DNA of 43,102 bases from Escherichia phage AV104: the sequence record OR352935.1; one strand, 5' to 3'. The position numbers were made by a program, and so were the translations under genes. Position 1 is the stretch's first letter; every line of letters starts with the position of its first letter. The notes beneath the pieces were generated by a model. The model had not been told where the DNA came from, did no database searches, and saw only the letters and a list, made by a program, of their open reading frames with translations. Positions 1 to 9,115 of this stretch are shown piece after piece.

Positions 1-1236
1 ATGGATATACCACTGACGGAGCCTCAACAGGACTTTGTATTCAGTACAAAAACACATCCGGCTATTGTCGCAGGACTGGGGGCGGGTAAGTCCCGCGCGG
101 CAACGATGCGCCTGTTGTATCTTATGTTGCGCGAGCGCGGGATAAACACCCTGTACACCATGCCTACGTATGACCTGTTGAAGCTGCGCGCCATCCCTGG
201 TGTGGTCGATGACCTGAATATGATGGGGCTTAAGTATGACCTCAACAAATCGGAATACAGTATCCACGTTAAGGGGTACGGTACTATGTTTTTCAGATCA
301 TACGACAACCCGAACCGTCTAATCGCTTTTGAAGTAGCTCATTCTGTCGCGGATGAACTTGATGTTCTTACTAAAGAACAGGCATCTCTGGTGTGGCGTA
401 AGATTTCGGAGCGTACCCGGCAACCATGTAGGGGTGGGAACAGTATTGCCGCCGTGACTACACCTGACCAGGGATTCTCTGGATTTGTGTATGACTATTG
501 GGTTACTAACGCCGATAGTTCTACGGAACTGATTAAGGCGTCTACGTTGTCTAACCCCTATTTACCTGATGGCTACGTCGAACAGATACGCAGGAACTAC
601 GACGCGGCTTTGGCCGATATGTATATCAACGGTGAATTTGTCAGTTTGACGGCCAATAAGGTGTATCACTATTTCAAACGAAGCACACATGACTCCACCC
701 GCACCTTGCAGAACGGAGACGCTCTGCACATAGGGTTGGACTTTAATATCGGTGGCTGTTGCGCCACCGTGAGCGTTATCGAAGACGGCAACCCGACGGT
801 TGTTGATGAGTTTGTCAGCCATAATACCGACGACTTCGTCAATAATGTCAGGATACGGTATCCGGGCCATACGGTTACGGTTTACCCTGACGCCTCTGGT
901 CGCTCAGGCCACACTAACGCATCGTTATCTGACATAGGTATCATCGAAAAGGCCGGCTTGCGTGTTAACGCTCCAAGTAAGAACCCATTCGTTAAAGACA
1001 GGATAAACGCGGTTAACGCTCTTTTGTCACATAGCCGTTTGAGGGTTAACACTTCAAAATGCCCTAAATTAACGCAGTCACTGGAGACGCAGGGGTATAA
1101 CGATAATGGCGAACCGGAGAAGTTTAAAACTCACCCAGCTATCGACGACTGGAACGACAGTTTAGGTTATTGTATGCATAGGTTGTTCCCTGTTGTCCGC
1201 CCTGTTATCAATACACCAGTTCGTTTCGCACTTTAA
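1..1236 (+). CDS. terminase large subunit
   Basis: 411 aa; N-terminal Walker A GLGAGKS, DELDV Walker B-like, C-terminal Asp-rich nuclease-like region (HIGLDFN); immediately follows the putative terS across the window junction and precedes portal. Confidence 0.85.
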   Translation: MDIPLTEPQQDFVFSTKTHPAIVAGLGAGKSRAATMRLLYLMLRERGINTLYTMPTYDLLKLRAIPGVVDDLNMMGLKYDLNKSEYSIHVKGYGTMFFRSYDNPNRLIAFEVAHSVADELDVLTKEQASLVWRKISERTRQPCRGGNSIAAVTTPDQGFSGFVYDYWVTNADSSTELIKASTLSNPYLPDGYVEQIRRNYDAALADMYINGEFVSLTANKVYHYFKRSTHDSTRTLQNGDALHIGLDFNIGGCCATVSVIEDGNPTVVDEFVSHNTDDFVNNVRIRYPGHTVTVYPDASGRSGHTNASLSDIGIIEKAGLRVNAPSKNPFVKDRINAVNALLSHSRLRVNTSKCPKLTQSLETQGYNDNGEPEKFKTHPAIDDWNDSLGYCMHRLFPVVRPVINTPVRFAL

Positions 1237-1248
1237 GAGGATTATTCA

Positions 1249-2730
1249 ATGTTAACTATGAACGGTCAGAATCAGGGTGTTAAGACAAAACACCGGGAAT
1301 GGCTGCATCACTTCGATAAATGGCAGAAGGTACGCCACGCGCTGGAGGGTGACCTTATCCGTTACTTGCGTAACGTCGGGAAGAACGAGCCTGAACCGAC
1401 CTACGCAGCACAGCGCCAGGAAGAATACGAGAACGGCGCTATCTGTTACAACTTCACTAAACGCACCCTGGCGGGGATGGTCGGCAGTGTCATGCGCAAA
1501 GACCCTGAACAGATTATCCCGCCGGAACTTGAGTACCTGTTACGTAATGCCGACGGTTCCGGTGTCGGGCTGTGGCAGCACGCGCAGGATACGCTTATGG
1601 AAATTGACTCAGTAGGTCGTGGTGGGCTGCTGGTGGATGCGCCGGAGACAGCCGCAGCAACGGCAGCCGAACAGAACGCTGGGTTATTAAACCCGGTCAT
1701 TGCATTCTATACTGCAGAGAATATCATCAACTGGCGACTCACTCGCGTGGGTTCTGTTAATCGCGTTACGATGGTAGTGTTGCGCGAGGTATGGGAATAC
1801 TCGGAACATGGGGCCGAGTTTGAAACAAAGTTTGGTGAGCAATACCGAGTGCTAGACTTGATTGATGGACGCTACCGCCAGCGCATTTACCGCTTCGACG
1901 CCGAAGGCGGCGCTCAGGGCGACGTAAAAGTAATATTCCCGGAACTCGGCGGACAGTTGCGCGGAAAAATCCCGTTCACGTTCATTGGAGCAAGCAACAA
2001 CGATGCCACCATCGACGACGCGCCTTTACTGCCGTTGGCCGAGCTTAATATCGGACATTTCCGCAACAGTGCAGACAATGAGGAATCCAGCTTCGTTGTC
2101 GGCCAGCCCACTCTGTTCATTGCTCCGGGTGAGAACATGAGCATGGAACAGTGGGCAGAAGCAAACCCACACGGTGTGCGCATGGGGTCGCGTTCAGGCC
2201 ATAACATCGGCTACGGCGGCAACGCGTTTCTGGTCCAGGCGGGGGAGAATAACCTGGCTAAACAGAACATGCTGGACAAAGAGAATCAGGCAATCCAGAT
2301 TGGTGCGCAGCTTATCACCCCGACGCAGCAAATCACCGCTGAATCCGCCCGCCTGCAACGCGGCGCCGACACGTCCGTAATGGCTACTATCGCGCGTAAC
2401 GTAAGCATGGCATATACCGAAGCGTTGCGCTGGGTAGCCGCTATGCTGGGCCTGCGTGAAGGCACGGAGATTGAGTTTAAGCTAAACATGGAATTCTTCC
2501 TGCAACCAATGACCGCTCAGGACCGCGCGCAGTGGATGGCGGATATTAACGCCGGACTGTTACCTGCTACCGCTTACTATGCCGCGCTGCGCAAGGCGGG
2601 CGTAACGGACTGGACCGACGAGGATATTCAGAACGCTATCGAGGATGCGCCGCTGCCGTTAGGCGCGGTTACCCGGGTGCAGGGGGAGATTCCGCAGTCT
2701 GCGCAACAACAGGACACCACTCAGCAGTAA
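1249..2730 (+). CDS. portal protein
   Basis: 493 aa ORF directly after terL with RBS; size and position typical of portal; no motif-level proof. Confidence 0.7.
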   Translation: MLTMNGQNQGVKTKHREWLHHFDKWQKVRHALEGDLIRYLRNVGKNEPEPTYAAQRQEEYENGAICYNFTKRTLAGMVGSVMRKDPEQIIPPELEYLLRNADGSGVGLWQHAQDTLMEIDSVGRGGLLVDAPETAAATAAEQNAGLLNPVIAFYTAENIINWRLTRVGSVNRVTMVVLREVWEYSEHGAEFETKFGEQYRVLDLIDGRYRQRIYRFDAEGGAQGDVKVIFPELGGQLRGKIPFTFIGASNNDATIDDAPLLPLAELNIGHFRNSADNEESSFVVGQPTLFIAPGENMSMEQWAEANPHGVRMGSRSGHNIGYGGNAFLVQAGENNLAKQNMLDKENQAIQIGAQLITPTQQITAESARLQRGADTSVMATIARNVSMAYTEALRWVAAMLGLREGTEIEFKLNMEFFLQPMTAQDRAQWMADINAGLLPATAYYAALRKAGVTDWTDEDIQNAIEDAPLPLGAVTRVQGEIPQSAQQQDTTQQ

Positions 2731-2766
2731 GTTCACATATAGCCCCGAAAGGGGCTTTCTTATAGT

Positions 2767-3843
2767 ATGCTATTAACTTTAACGCCACAGGGTTTATCTA
2801 TGAGCTTACTGACATCACTAATCAGCCACCAGATTTGGCTGCAACGCAACGCATCTGGCGAAGTGAAAGACCTCGCACCGTTCATTCAGGAGATGCGGGA
2901 TGAAATCAAACGGCAGGTGCTGTTGTTCGGCGACGACGGGAGAAGCACCGCGCGTCTCAATAAACTGTTACGCGACTTAGAAGAAGCACTGACAGGGCTA
3001 GCCGGAGACTGGCAAACAAAGCTGACCGAAGACCTTAAGGAACTGGCAGCGTATGAGGCTGAGTGGAATGTGAAAACACTCACGGCTAACGTCAACGCTG
3101 AATTTGTTACGCCTACCGCCGAACAGGTGTGGGCCGCTGCCGAGTTTCAGCCCTTATCATTAAGTGACAAGCCCGTTGATTTCGCCAAGCTGATGGATGG
3201 CTGGGGTGAAACGGAAGTCGCGCGCCTGGTAACCGGCGTTAAGATGGGCTTTGTCCAAGGCCAGACGACACGGCAGATTGTTAAGAATGTTGTTGGCGCT
3301 GGTGGGCTGGCGGACATCTCCGAGCGTAACGCAGCTACGGTAATCCGCACCGCGCTGTCGCACGTGTCCAACGAAGCACGTAACGAGACGTACCGTCAGA
3401 ACGACGACATCATCGAGAAGTACGAGTGGGTGTCAACGCTGGACAGCCGTACCAGTACGATTTGCAGAGCCAGAGACGGGATGACGTGGGAAATTGGTAA
3501 AGGGCCGATGCCCCCAGCCCATCCGAACTGCCGGTCGTGCACGGCTCCGGTAATCAGTTCCGAGTTCGACTTCCTGGATAAGGGCGCAAAACGAGCGGCT
3601 AAAGGAGCGGACGGCGGTACTCAGGTAAGCACGGACACCACCTATTACGAGTTCCTGGAACAGCAACCGGCATGGTTTCAGGATGAAGCACTCGGCCCGG
3701 TTCGCGGTAAGATTTTCCGCAACAGCGGTATATCGCCGGAAGAGTTTCGCGTAATATCTGTAGATGGTTTCGGGAATCCGCTCACGCTTAAGCAGATGGC
3801 GGAACTCGATAAACGTGTTGCTGATTATCTGAAAGGGGATTAA
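2767..3843 (+). CDS. head morphogenesis protein (Mu F-like / SPP1 gp7-like)
   Basis: 358 aa; conserved HPNCRSC motif (PAHPNCRSCTAPV) typical of the Mu F family; position after portal; start could be the in-frame ATG at 2800. Confidence 0.7.
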   Translation: MLLTLTPQGLSMSLLTSLISHQIWLQRNASGEVKDLAPFIQEMRDEIKRQVLLFGDDGRSTARLNKLLRDLEEALTGLAGDWQTKLTEDLKELAAYEAEWNVKTLTANVNAEFVTPTAEQVWAAAEFQPLSLSDKPVDFAKLMDGWGETEVARLVTGVKMGFVQGQTTRQIVKNVVGAGGLADISERNAATVIRTALSHVSNEARNETYRQNDDIIEKYEWVSTLDSRTSTICRARDGMTWEIGKGPMPPAHPNCRSCTAPVISSEFDFLDKGAKRAAKGADGGTQVSTDTTYYEFLEQQPAWFQDEALGPVRGKIFRNSGISPEEFRVISVDGFGNPLTLKQMAELDKRVADYLKGD

Positions 3844-4304
3844 TGATGGGCTTTTTCAAAGTAACTGATGTACCTTCACGTCGCGTAGTCCAGTACGCCC
3901 GCGTGTCTGGCTCTGGCGAGAACGTGACCTACGTTGAGGATGAAAGTGTACTGGGTGAACCCGTAGACGAGATGCCATATGCGGATAAAACCGGTATCGC
4001 GCTGACGGCGGCAGGTATGCTCTATGAGATTCCGTATCTGGCAGATGCTGGCGACGTGTATTTCTCGGTACAACCGCGGGACACGGAACTGGCTGACGGC
4101 AGCGCAGCTATCACTGTCGAAGTTAAAGCGGGTAAAGCGCCATATACGCTGACCTGGTACAAAGACGGGAAGGAAGTGGTAAACGCCCCGGAAGAGGCTT
4201 TGTCCCTGACGGTTAACGCGACCGGCGAATACTTCGTTAAAGTTACTGATGCCGATGGTGTAGAGGCGGTGAGTAAAGCGGCGAAGGTTACTAAGCCAGA
4301 ATGA
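3843..4304 (+). CDS. hypothetical protein with C-terminal Ig-like domain (possible decoration protein)
   Basis: 153 aa; ATGA-type overlap with upstream stop; C-terminal TLTWYKDGKEV...GEYFVKVTDADG resembles Ig-like (I-set) fold signature. Confidence 0.45.
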   Translation: MMGFFKVTDVPSRRVVQYARVSGSGENVTYVEDESVLGEPVDEMPYADKTGIALTAAGMLYEIPYLADAGDVYFSVQPRDTELADGSAAITVEVKAGKAPYTLTWYKDGKEVVNAPEEALSLTVNATGEYFVKVTDADGVEAVSKAAKVTKPE

Positions 4305-4308
4305 TAAG

Positions 4309-4336
4309 AGGCCCCATAATGGGGCCTTAGATTTTT
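4309..4336. terminator. bidirectional hairpin terminator between convergent genes
   Basis: AGGCCCC-ATAAT-GGGGCCT stem-loop followed by TAGATTTTT. Confidence 0.55.
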
Positions 4337-4641
4337 CCTATTAGATTTTTAATTCTGTCGCGTTCTATTCTTTTCCCTTCTTCTACTCCCTCATTGAAGT
4401 ATCTTTCTACATCATCCTTATTGACCTTACGAACTGCTGCGCCCTCTTTATATAGCTCTTGATTGTCGCGCAATACCTTAATCTTAGCGATTATTTCATT
4501 AAAAGGTGCGTCAGCACGTATTTTGAGCATAGACCTTACCTGTTCTACGAACCATGCAAAATTAGGCTTTTTTGATAATTTCTCTCTTAAAACAGCGTTC
4601 TCTTGTTCCGCTTTTGTGGCGCGAGCACGATAATCAATCAT
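4327..4641 (-). CDS. hypothetical protein (reverse-strand accessory gene)
   Basis: 104 aa, Lys/Glu-rich; its own promoter motif lies at 4681-4710; opposite orientation to flanking structural genes. Confidence 0.5.
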   Translation of the reverse strand: MIDYRARATKAEQENAVLREKLSKKPNFAWFVEQVRSMLKIRADAPFNEIIAKIKVLRDNQELYKEGAAVRKVNKDDVERYFNEGVEEGKRIERDRIKNLIGKI

Positions 4642-4680
4642 TTTAGCAAACCTCTATCTTCATTAAACAGCACCAATAAC

Positions 4681-4710
4681 TGAATAGTACCCTATTATAT
4701 CGGGGCATGT
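4681..4710 (-). promoter_or_regulatory. promoter/operator motif (TGAATAGTACCCTATTATA) for gene 4327-4641
   Basis: minus-strand reading gives TATAATAGGGTACTATTCA, the same motif found in front of the early genes. Confidence 0.4.
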
Positions 4711-4778
4711 AAACTATTTATTTACGTATTCCAGTTATTCCCCTCAATTGTAAATGTTGGAATAAACTATTCGAATAG

Positions 4779-4807
4779 TTGACTTTTCACTGAAAATATG
4801 CTAAGCT
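4779..4807 (+). promoter_or_regulatory. sigma70-like promoter (TTGACT-17 bp-TAAGCT with extended TG), copy 1
   Basis: TTGACT at 4779-4784, 17 bp spacer, TGcTAAGCT; near-identical to 35881-35909; preceded by perfect palindrome ACTATTCGAATAGT (4766-4779). Confidence 0.5.
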
Positions 4808-4814
4808 CCACCTG

Positions 4815-4925
4815 AGCTTGTGAAGTATGAACAAGCGACCGCGGCGCGGGCAGGTAACGGAGCGGGACGTAAGTCCTGAGTGTAGTTACGCTGACGCGTT
4901 CGGAAGGGCCATACTCTATTGCTTG
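4815..4925 (+). ncRNA. candidate structured RNA element, copy 1 (paralogue of 35917-36026)
   Basis: about 110 nt conserved between two loci with shared blocks (GCGACCGCGG, GAGTGTAGTT, TTCGGAAGGGCC) and differing but complementary hairpin arms; no ORF longer than 9 codons; downstream terminator at 4988-5016. Confidence 0.3.
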
Positions 4926-4987
4926 TGTAAAAAGTAACTGGTTTACTGAGATTACGCCGTTTCTATGTTTAAATGATAAGGCCTAGC

Positions 4988-5016
4988 GCCCCGCTTTATG
5001 GCGGGGCTTTACTTAT
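4988..5016 (+). terminator. rho-independent terminator
   Basis: GCCCCGC-TTTATG-GCGGGGC stem followed by TTTACTT, just upstream of the spanin RBS. Confidence 0.5.
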
Positions 5017-5031
5017 CGAGAAAGGAGAAAC

Positions 5032-5418
5032 ATGAATCTTAAAGCAACTGTCGTAGCAGGAGCATGTTTCATCATCCTGTTATACACGCACGGCTACTAT
5101 CAATACCGCAGCGGCTGGAACGGAGGCAGGGCTAATCTAGTTTCGCAGCAACAGCAGAAAGCACAGGCTGAGTTAGCGAAGAAAACACAACGGCAGCAGC
5201 AGGACGAATCAAAGGCCGCCGCCGCTGACAACGAAGGCAAGACGAAATCAGAGGTGATTACCCGTGAAGTCGTTAAGTACATTAAAACGCCTGGCCGCAG
5301 CGTGTGCACTTTCGACGATGCTCGCGTCCTGCTCAAGTCCCGCGCCGTCGCAAACGCCAATTCCATCCCCGGATACGACGATGATGCAGCCGCCATGCAA
5401 ACTGGCCGCGCCAAGTAG
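5032..5418 (+). CDS. i-spanin (Rz-like)
   Basis: 128 aa; N-terminal transmembrane segment (VVAGACFIILLY) then Gln/Ala/Lys-rich coiled-coil region; overlapping out-of-frame lipoprotein ORF. Confidence 0.6.
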   Translation: MNLKATVVAGACFIILLYTHGYYQYRSGWNGGRANLVSQQQQKAQAELAKKTQRQQQDESKAAAADNEGKTKSEVITREVVKYIKTPGRSVCTFDDARVLLKSRAVANANSIPGYDDDAAAMQTGRAK

Positions 5419-5527
5419 CGATGCCGATGAGGATTTAGCCATTGACGTTCAGAACACAGAATGTGTACGGCAACTGCGTCTGAAAGTGTTCATGTTGCAG
5501 GATTACGTGAGGAATATTCTGGAATAG
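5264..5527 (+). CDS. o-spanin (Rz1-like outer-membrane lipoprotein), overlapped arrangement
   Basis: GTG start with GAGGTGA SD; signal peptide ending in lipobox LASC; Pro-rich mature region; starts inside the i-spanin gene in another frame and extends beyond it. Confidence 0.6.
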   Translation: MKSLSTLKRLAAACALSTMLASCSSPAPSQTPIPSPDTTMMQPPCKLAAPSSDADEDLAIDVQNTECVRQLRLKVFMLQDYVRNILE

Positions 5528-5609
5528 TTGCCTTGCATGTTGGAATAATTTATTCTTGACATGTAAATCCGGGTGGCCCGGATTCCAACGTCCAGGGGAC
5601 ATACCGACT

Positions 5610-6311
5610 ATGAATCATTTTTTACGTTATCCGTTCCAGGAAGAAGCTGGGGCAGAAGATAAAGCGGGTGGCGGTGACGCACCGAAAATGTTCACCGCTG
5701 AAGAAGTTCAGGCGCTGATTGAGAAAGAGGTTGCCGGGCTTAAGGCCAATCAGGAAGCATTGCTCGCGGAGAAGAAAGAAGCCGCTCGCAAAGCAAAAGA
5801 GGCCGAAGAAGAACGGCAGCGCGCGCACCAGGAGGCGTTAAAAGCCGCCGGTAAGATGGACGAGTTCGAAAAAACGATTCGTAGCCAGTATGACCCGGTG
5901 TTAGCCGAGAAAGATGGTCGCATCTCCAAAATGGCAGAGCGCATCCTCGGCAGCGAACGTAAAGCGGTGTTAGGCTCTTTCGCGGGCGACTTTATTACCC
6001 CGGAAGCAGTAGACATTCTTGCTCCGTTCGTTAAGACTGAGTTCGAAGGCGATGACGTGGTTACTAAGTTTGTTGGTGCGGATGGCAACGTAATCACGAC
6101 TGACCCGGAACAGTTCCGCAAATACCTGCGTGAACACAAAGCATTTTCGCATTTGATTAAAGCAAATGCAGCTTCCGGCGGCGGGGCTTCCGGTAGCAAA
6201 GGCGGCGGGGCCGCACCAGCGTTTAAAGACATGAGTGAAGCGGAGCGTTTAGCTCTGTATAAATCGAACCCTGCCGAATTTGAACGGCAACTTAAAGCCC
6301 TGAGGAAATAA
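5610..6311 (+). CDS. scaffolding protein
   Basis: Glu/Ala/Lys-rich coiled-coil protein immediately upstream of the major capsid gene; ATG at 5610 preferred over the track start 5556, which lies inside a hairpin. Confidence 0.6.
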   Translation: MNHFLRYPFQEEAGAEDKAGGGDAPKMFTAEEVQALIEKEVAGLKANQEALLAEKKEAARKAKEAEEERQRAHQEALKAAGKMDEFEKTIRSQYDPVLAEKDGRISKMAERILGSERKAVLGSFAGDFITPEAVDILAPFVKTEFEGDDVVTKFVGADGNVITTDPEQFRKYLREHKAFSHLIKANAASGGGASGSKGGGAAPAFKDMSEAERLALYKSNPAEFERQLKALRK

Positions 6312-6313
6312 TA

Positions 6314-7363
6314 ATGGCAATTACCACTATCGGCGATATCGTAACTGGCAACATCCCGGTCCTGGCGTCTTATATGACCGAGGACCCGGTAGAAAAAACC
6401 GCGTTCTTTCAGTCAGGTATTTTGACCCCGACTCCGTACGCTGCCGAGATTGCTCGCGGCCCGTCCAACGTCGCTAACATTCCTTTCTGGAAAGCGATTG
6501 ATACCTCTATCGAGCCTAACTACTCGAACGACGTATACCAGGACATCGCCACCCCGCGTAACGTGCAGACCGGTGAGATGATGGCCCGCGTTGCATACCT
6601 GAACGAAGGTTTCGGTCAGGCGGACCTGACTGTCGAACTGACCAGCCAGAACCCGCTGCAATCTGTGGCTTCTCGCCTGGATAACTTCTGGCAGCGCCAG
6701 GCACAACGCCGTCTTATTGCTACCGCGCTCGGTCTGTACAATGACAACGTAGCCGCTACCGACGCATACCACGAGCAGAACGACATGGTAATCGACGTGT
6801 CCTCTACTCTGGGCTTCGACGCGGGCGCGTTCATCGACGCTACCCAGACTATGGGTGATGCGCTGATGGGTAACGGCGGTGAAGTGCTGGGTGCTATCGC
6901 GATGCACAGCTTCGTATATGCGCAGGCCCGTAAGCAGCAGCTTATTGACTTCATCAAAGACGCTGACAACGACACCATGTTTGCCACCTACCAGGGCTAC
7001 CGCGTGATTGTTGACGACAGCATGACTGTAGTTGGTACTGGCCCGACCCGTAAGTTCATCTCCATCATCTTCGGCAACGGCGCTATCGGTTACGGTGAAG
7101 GCAATCCGGTCAAACCACTGCACTACGAGTATGAAGCGTCTCGTGGTAACGGCGGCGGCGTAGAAACCCTGTGGACCCGTAAGACCTGGTTGATGCACCC
7201 GCTGGGTTACAGCTTCACCAGCGCGGTAATCACTGGCAACGGCACCGAGACTATCGCCCGCTCTGCTTCATGGCAGGACCTGGCGAACGCCTCCAACTGG
7301 AACCGTGTGGTTGACCGTAAGCATGTACCGATTGCCTTCCTGGTAACTGGTGTCGGGGCTTAA
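6314..7363 (+). CDS. major capsid protein
   Basis: 349 aa ORF directly after scaffold, followed by a strong terminator; position and size. Confidence 0.75.
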   Translation: MAITTIGDIVTGNIPVLASYMTEDPVEKTAFFQSGILTPTPYAAEIARGPSNVANIPFWKAIDTSIEPNYSNDVYQDIATPRNVQTGEMMARVAYLNEGFGQADLTVELTSQNPLQSVASRLDNFWQRQAQRRLIATALGLYNDNVAATDAYHEQNDMVIDVSSTLGFDAGAFIDATQTMGDALMGNGGEVLGAIAMHSFVYAQARKQQLIDFIKDADNDTMFATYQGYRVIVDDSMTVVGTGPTRKFISIIFGNGAIGYGEGNPVKPLHYEYEASRGNGGGVETLWTRKTWLMHPLGYSFTSAVITGNGTETIARSASWQDLANASNWNRVVDRKHVPIAFLVTGVGA

Positions 7364-7378
7364 GGTTAAGCTATAATC

Positions 7379-7405
7379 GAGAGGGACTTCGGTCCCTCTT
7401 TTCAT
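7379..7405 (+). terminator. rho-independent terminator after capsid gene
   Basis: GAGAGGGAC-TTCG-GTCCCTC stem followed by TTTTCATTT. Confidence 0.65.
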
Positions 7406-7424
7406 TTACTAAGAGGATTCCTCA

Positions 7425-7766
7425 ATGGCAGACGTATTGAAACGACGCATCACCGGCGTCTCCGCTGACGCCCCGGGCGCTAAGATTGACATGGCGACTA
7501 TTTCTCCTGCGTCTTTCTCTTCCGCGCTGGCGGCTACTACCGCAGTGACCACAGGTGAAACTATGACGCTGACCGTAACCGTAGCTGGCGGTCTGGAGCC
7601 GTATTCTTACCAGTGGTATAAGAATAACAACGCTATCGCCGGGGCTAACGCGGCTACCTACGCTAAAGCGTCAACCACTACCGCTGATTCTGGTACGTAT
7701 AAAGTGGTTGTTCACGATGTGTATGGTAATATTATCTCCAGCAGCACTGTAGCAACTGTGTCTTAA
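7425..7766 (+). CDS. Ig-like domain protein (possible capsid decoration)
   Basis: 113 aa; YSYQWYKNN...GTYKVVVHD is Ig-like; follows the capsid gene. Confidence 0.5.
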   Translation: MADVLKRRITGVSADAPGAKIDMATISPASFSSALAATTAVTTGETMTLTVTVAGGLEPYSYQWYKNNNAIAGANAATYAKASTTTADSGTYKVVVHDVYGNIISSSTVATVS

Positions 7767-7802
7767 TACAACGGCCCTTCGGGGCCGTAATAAGGAAAGG
7801 TC

Positions 7803-7982
7803 ATGGCAGATAATTATGTAATCCGCGAAAAGTACACCCACGTTGATGTTGTTGACGGTCAGGTGATGCCCGTTCGCGGTGTTGTAGAACCGGATGAGCT
7901 TGTGGCAACGCAACCAGATAACGAAGAAGCGCACAACAACGGCGGTGGTACTAAACGTCGTCGCCGTAAGTCAGAGGAATAA
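7803..7982 (+). CDS. small basic hypothetical protein (59 aa, below ORF-track cutoff)
   Basis: ATG at 7803 with AAGGAAAGG RBS; C-terminal GGGTKRRRRKSEE; fills an otherwise empty gap. Confidence 0.35.
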   Translation: MADNYVIREKYTHVDVVDGQVMPVRGVVEPDELVATQPDNEEAHNNGGGTKRRRRKSEE

Positions 7983-7985
7983 TTT

Positions 7986-8498
7986 ATGCCTCTAATCGTG
8001 GAAACGGGTGAAATCGTCCCTAATGCTGACAGTTACGTTAGTCTGGCTGACGCCCGCGCGTTAGCGGCTAATTATGGCCTGGAGTTGCCCGCGGATGATA
8101 CCGCCGCAGAGGTGGCCTTGCGTAATGGTGCAACGTATGTTGGGTTAGCAGAACCCCAGATGTGCGGTCGTCGTGTATCTGCCGAACAGTCACTGGCATA
8201 TCCTCGCACTGGTGTAACGTTGAATGGTTTCCCAGTAGCTAACAATGTCATTCCGAAACAGGTAATTCTTGCGCAGGTAATCTCTGCCGTTACGTATGGT
8301 GAGGGTACTGAGGTGCGGGCCAACTCCGATGGGCGTTCCGTGCAGACTGAGCGCGTAGAAGGCGCGGTGACAGTGACATACTTCAACAACGGCAGCAGTG
8401 GCGCTACAACCGCGATTACCGCTGCGGATGACGCCTTACGCCCGTTACTGTGCGGCGGTCTTAACAATGGCTTCTCGTTTAATGTGCGCCGGGGGTAA
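7986..8498 (+). CDS. head-tail connector / adaptor protein (putative)
   Basis: 170 aa; position between head and tail genes; assignment by synteny only. Confidence 0.4.
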   Translation: MPLIVETGEIVPNADSYVSLADARALAANYGLELPADDTAAEVALRNGATYVGLAEPQMCGRRVSAEQSLAYPRTGVTLNGFPVANNVIPKQVILAQVISAVTYGEGTEVRANSDGRSVQTERVEGAVTVTYFNNGSSGATTAITAADDALRPLLCGGLNNGFSFNVRRG

Positions 8499-8500
8499 AA

Positions 8501-9115
8501 ATGGCGAAGACTAAAACAGAGATGTTTACTCTTATCGGTGCAAATCTCCCCGATAATACCACTGGACTTATTACCCCCGCAGCGTTGCGCGAGGTAATGA
8601 CACAGATGGCTGACTCGCCTATCTATGCCACTCCGGGGGTTAAAGAGGTTGAAGTTCTCCGTGCCGCGTCGACAGTAGCACAAGCACCATCCGCAGTGGA
8701 CACAGCATTGCAAATAACTTTCGGTGCTGCCCAGGGAAGCGCGTCTAACCCGGTAATGATTAATGCTGCAGGGCTGGTTACATTCAACGCCGCGGGTAAC
8801 TACGCCGTTCGCATCAAGTTACAGGCGGGGCGTACGGGTGCTAGTGGGACATCAATCCTTTTATCACGCATTCTTCTTAACGGCGCTCAGTACGGCTCAC
8901 CCGCGGCCACGAAACTGGTAAGCGCGGATATTACAATCCCGATTGAATCCCGCGTCGTTATTAACCCCACCGCAGGCCAGACGTTTGCCGTTCAGATTAT
9001 GCGGGATAGCGCCGGAAGCAACTACGGTGGCGTATACCCGCAAGCGGCTACTGTAACCGCATGGGGTACAGCACCATCCGCATTACTGGTTATCTCGAGA
9101 CTGGAGGCAGCGTAA
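8501..9115 (+). CDS. hypothetical structural protein
   Basis: 204 aa, Ala/Thr/Gly-rich; within the neck gene block. Confidence 0.4.
   Translation: MAKTKTEMFTLIGANLPDNTTGLITPAALREVMTQMADSPIYATPGVKEVEVLRAASTVAQAPSAVDTALQITFGAAQGSASNPVMINAAGLVTFNAAGNYAVRIKLQAGRTGASGTSILLSRILLNGAQYGSPAATKLVSADITIPIESRVVINPTAGQTFAVQIMRDSAGSNYGGVYPQAATVTAWGTAPSALLVISRLEAA

Noticed and set aside
5556-5609. Track start of the scaffold ORF at 5556
   Set aside because: The first 18 codons run through a strong 8-bp hairpin (5566-5584) and lack an RBS; the ATG at 5610 has a GGGGA RBS
5750-6232. 160-aa antisense ORF in the scaffold gene
   Set aside because: Antisense of an Ala/Glu/Lys-rich gene; Ser/Ala-rich artefact
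6413-7198. 261-aa antisense ORF inside the major capsid gene
   Set aside because: Opposite a strongly supported structural gene; product is low-complexity, Arg/Val/His-rich; likely a compositional artefact
8072-8713. 213-aa minus-strand ORF across connector genes
   Set aside because: Antisense to two coupled plus-strand structural genes; Cys/Arg-rich low-complexity translation
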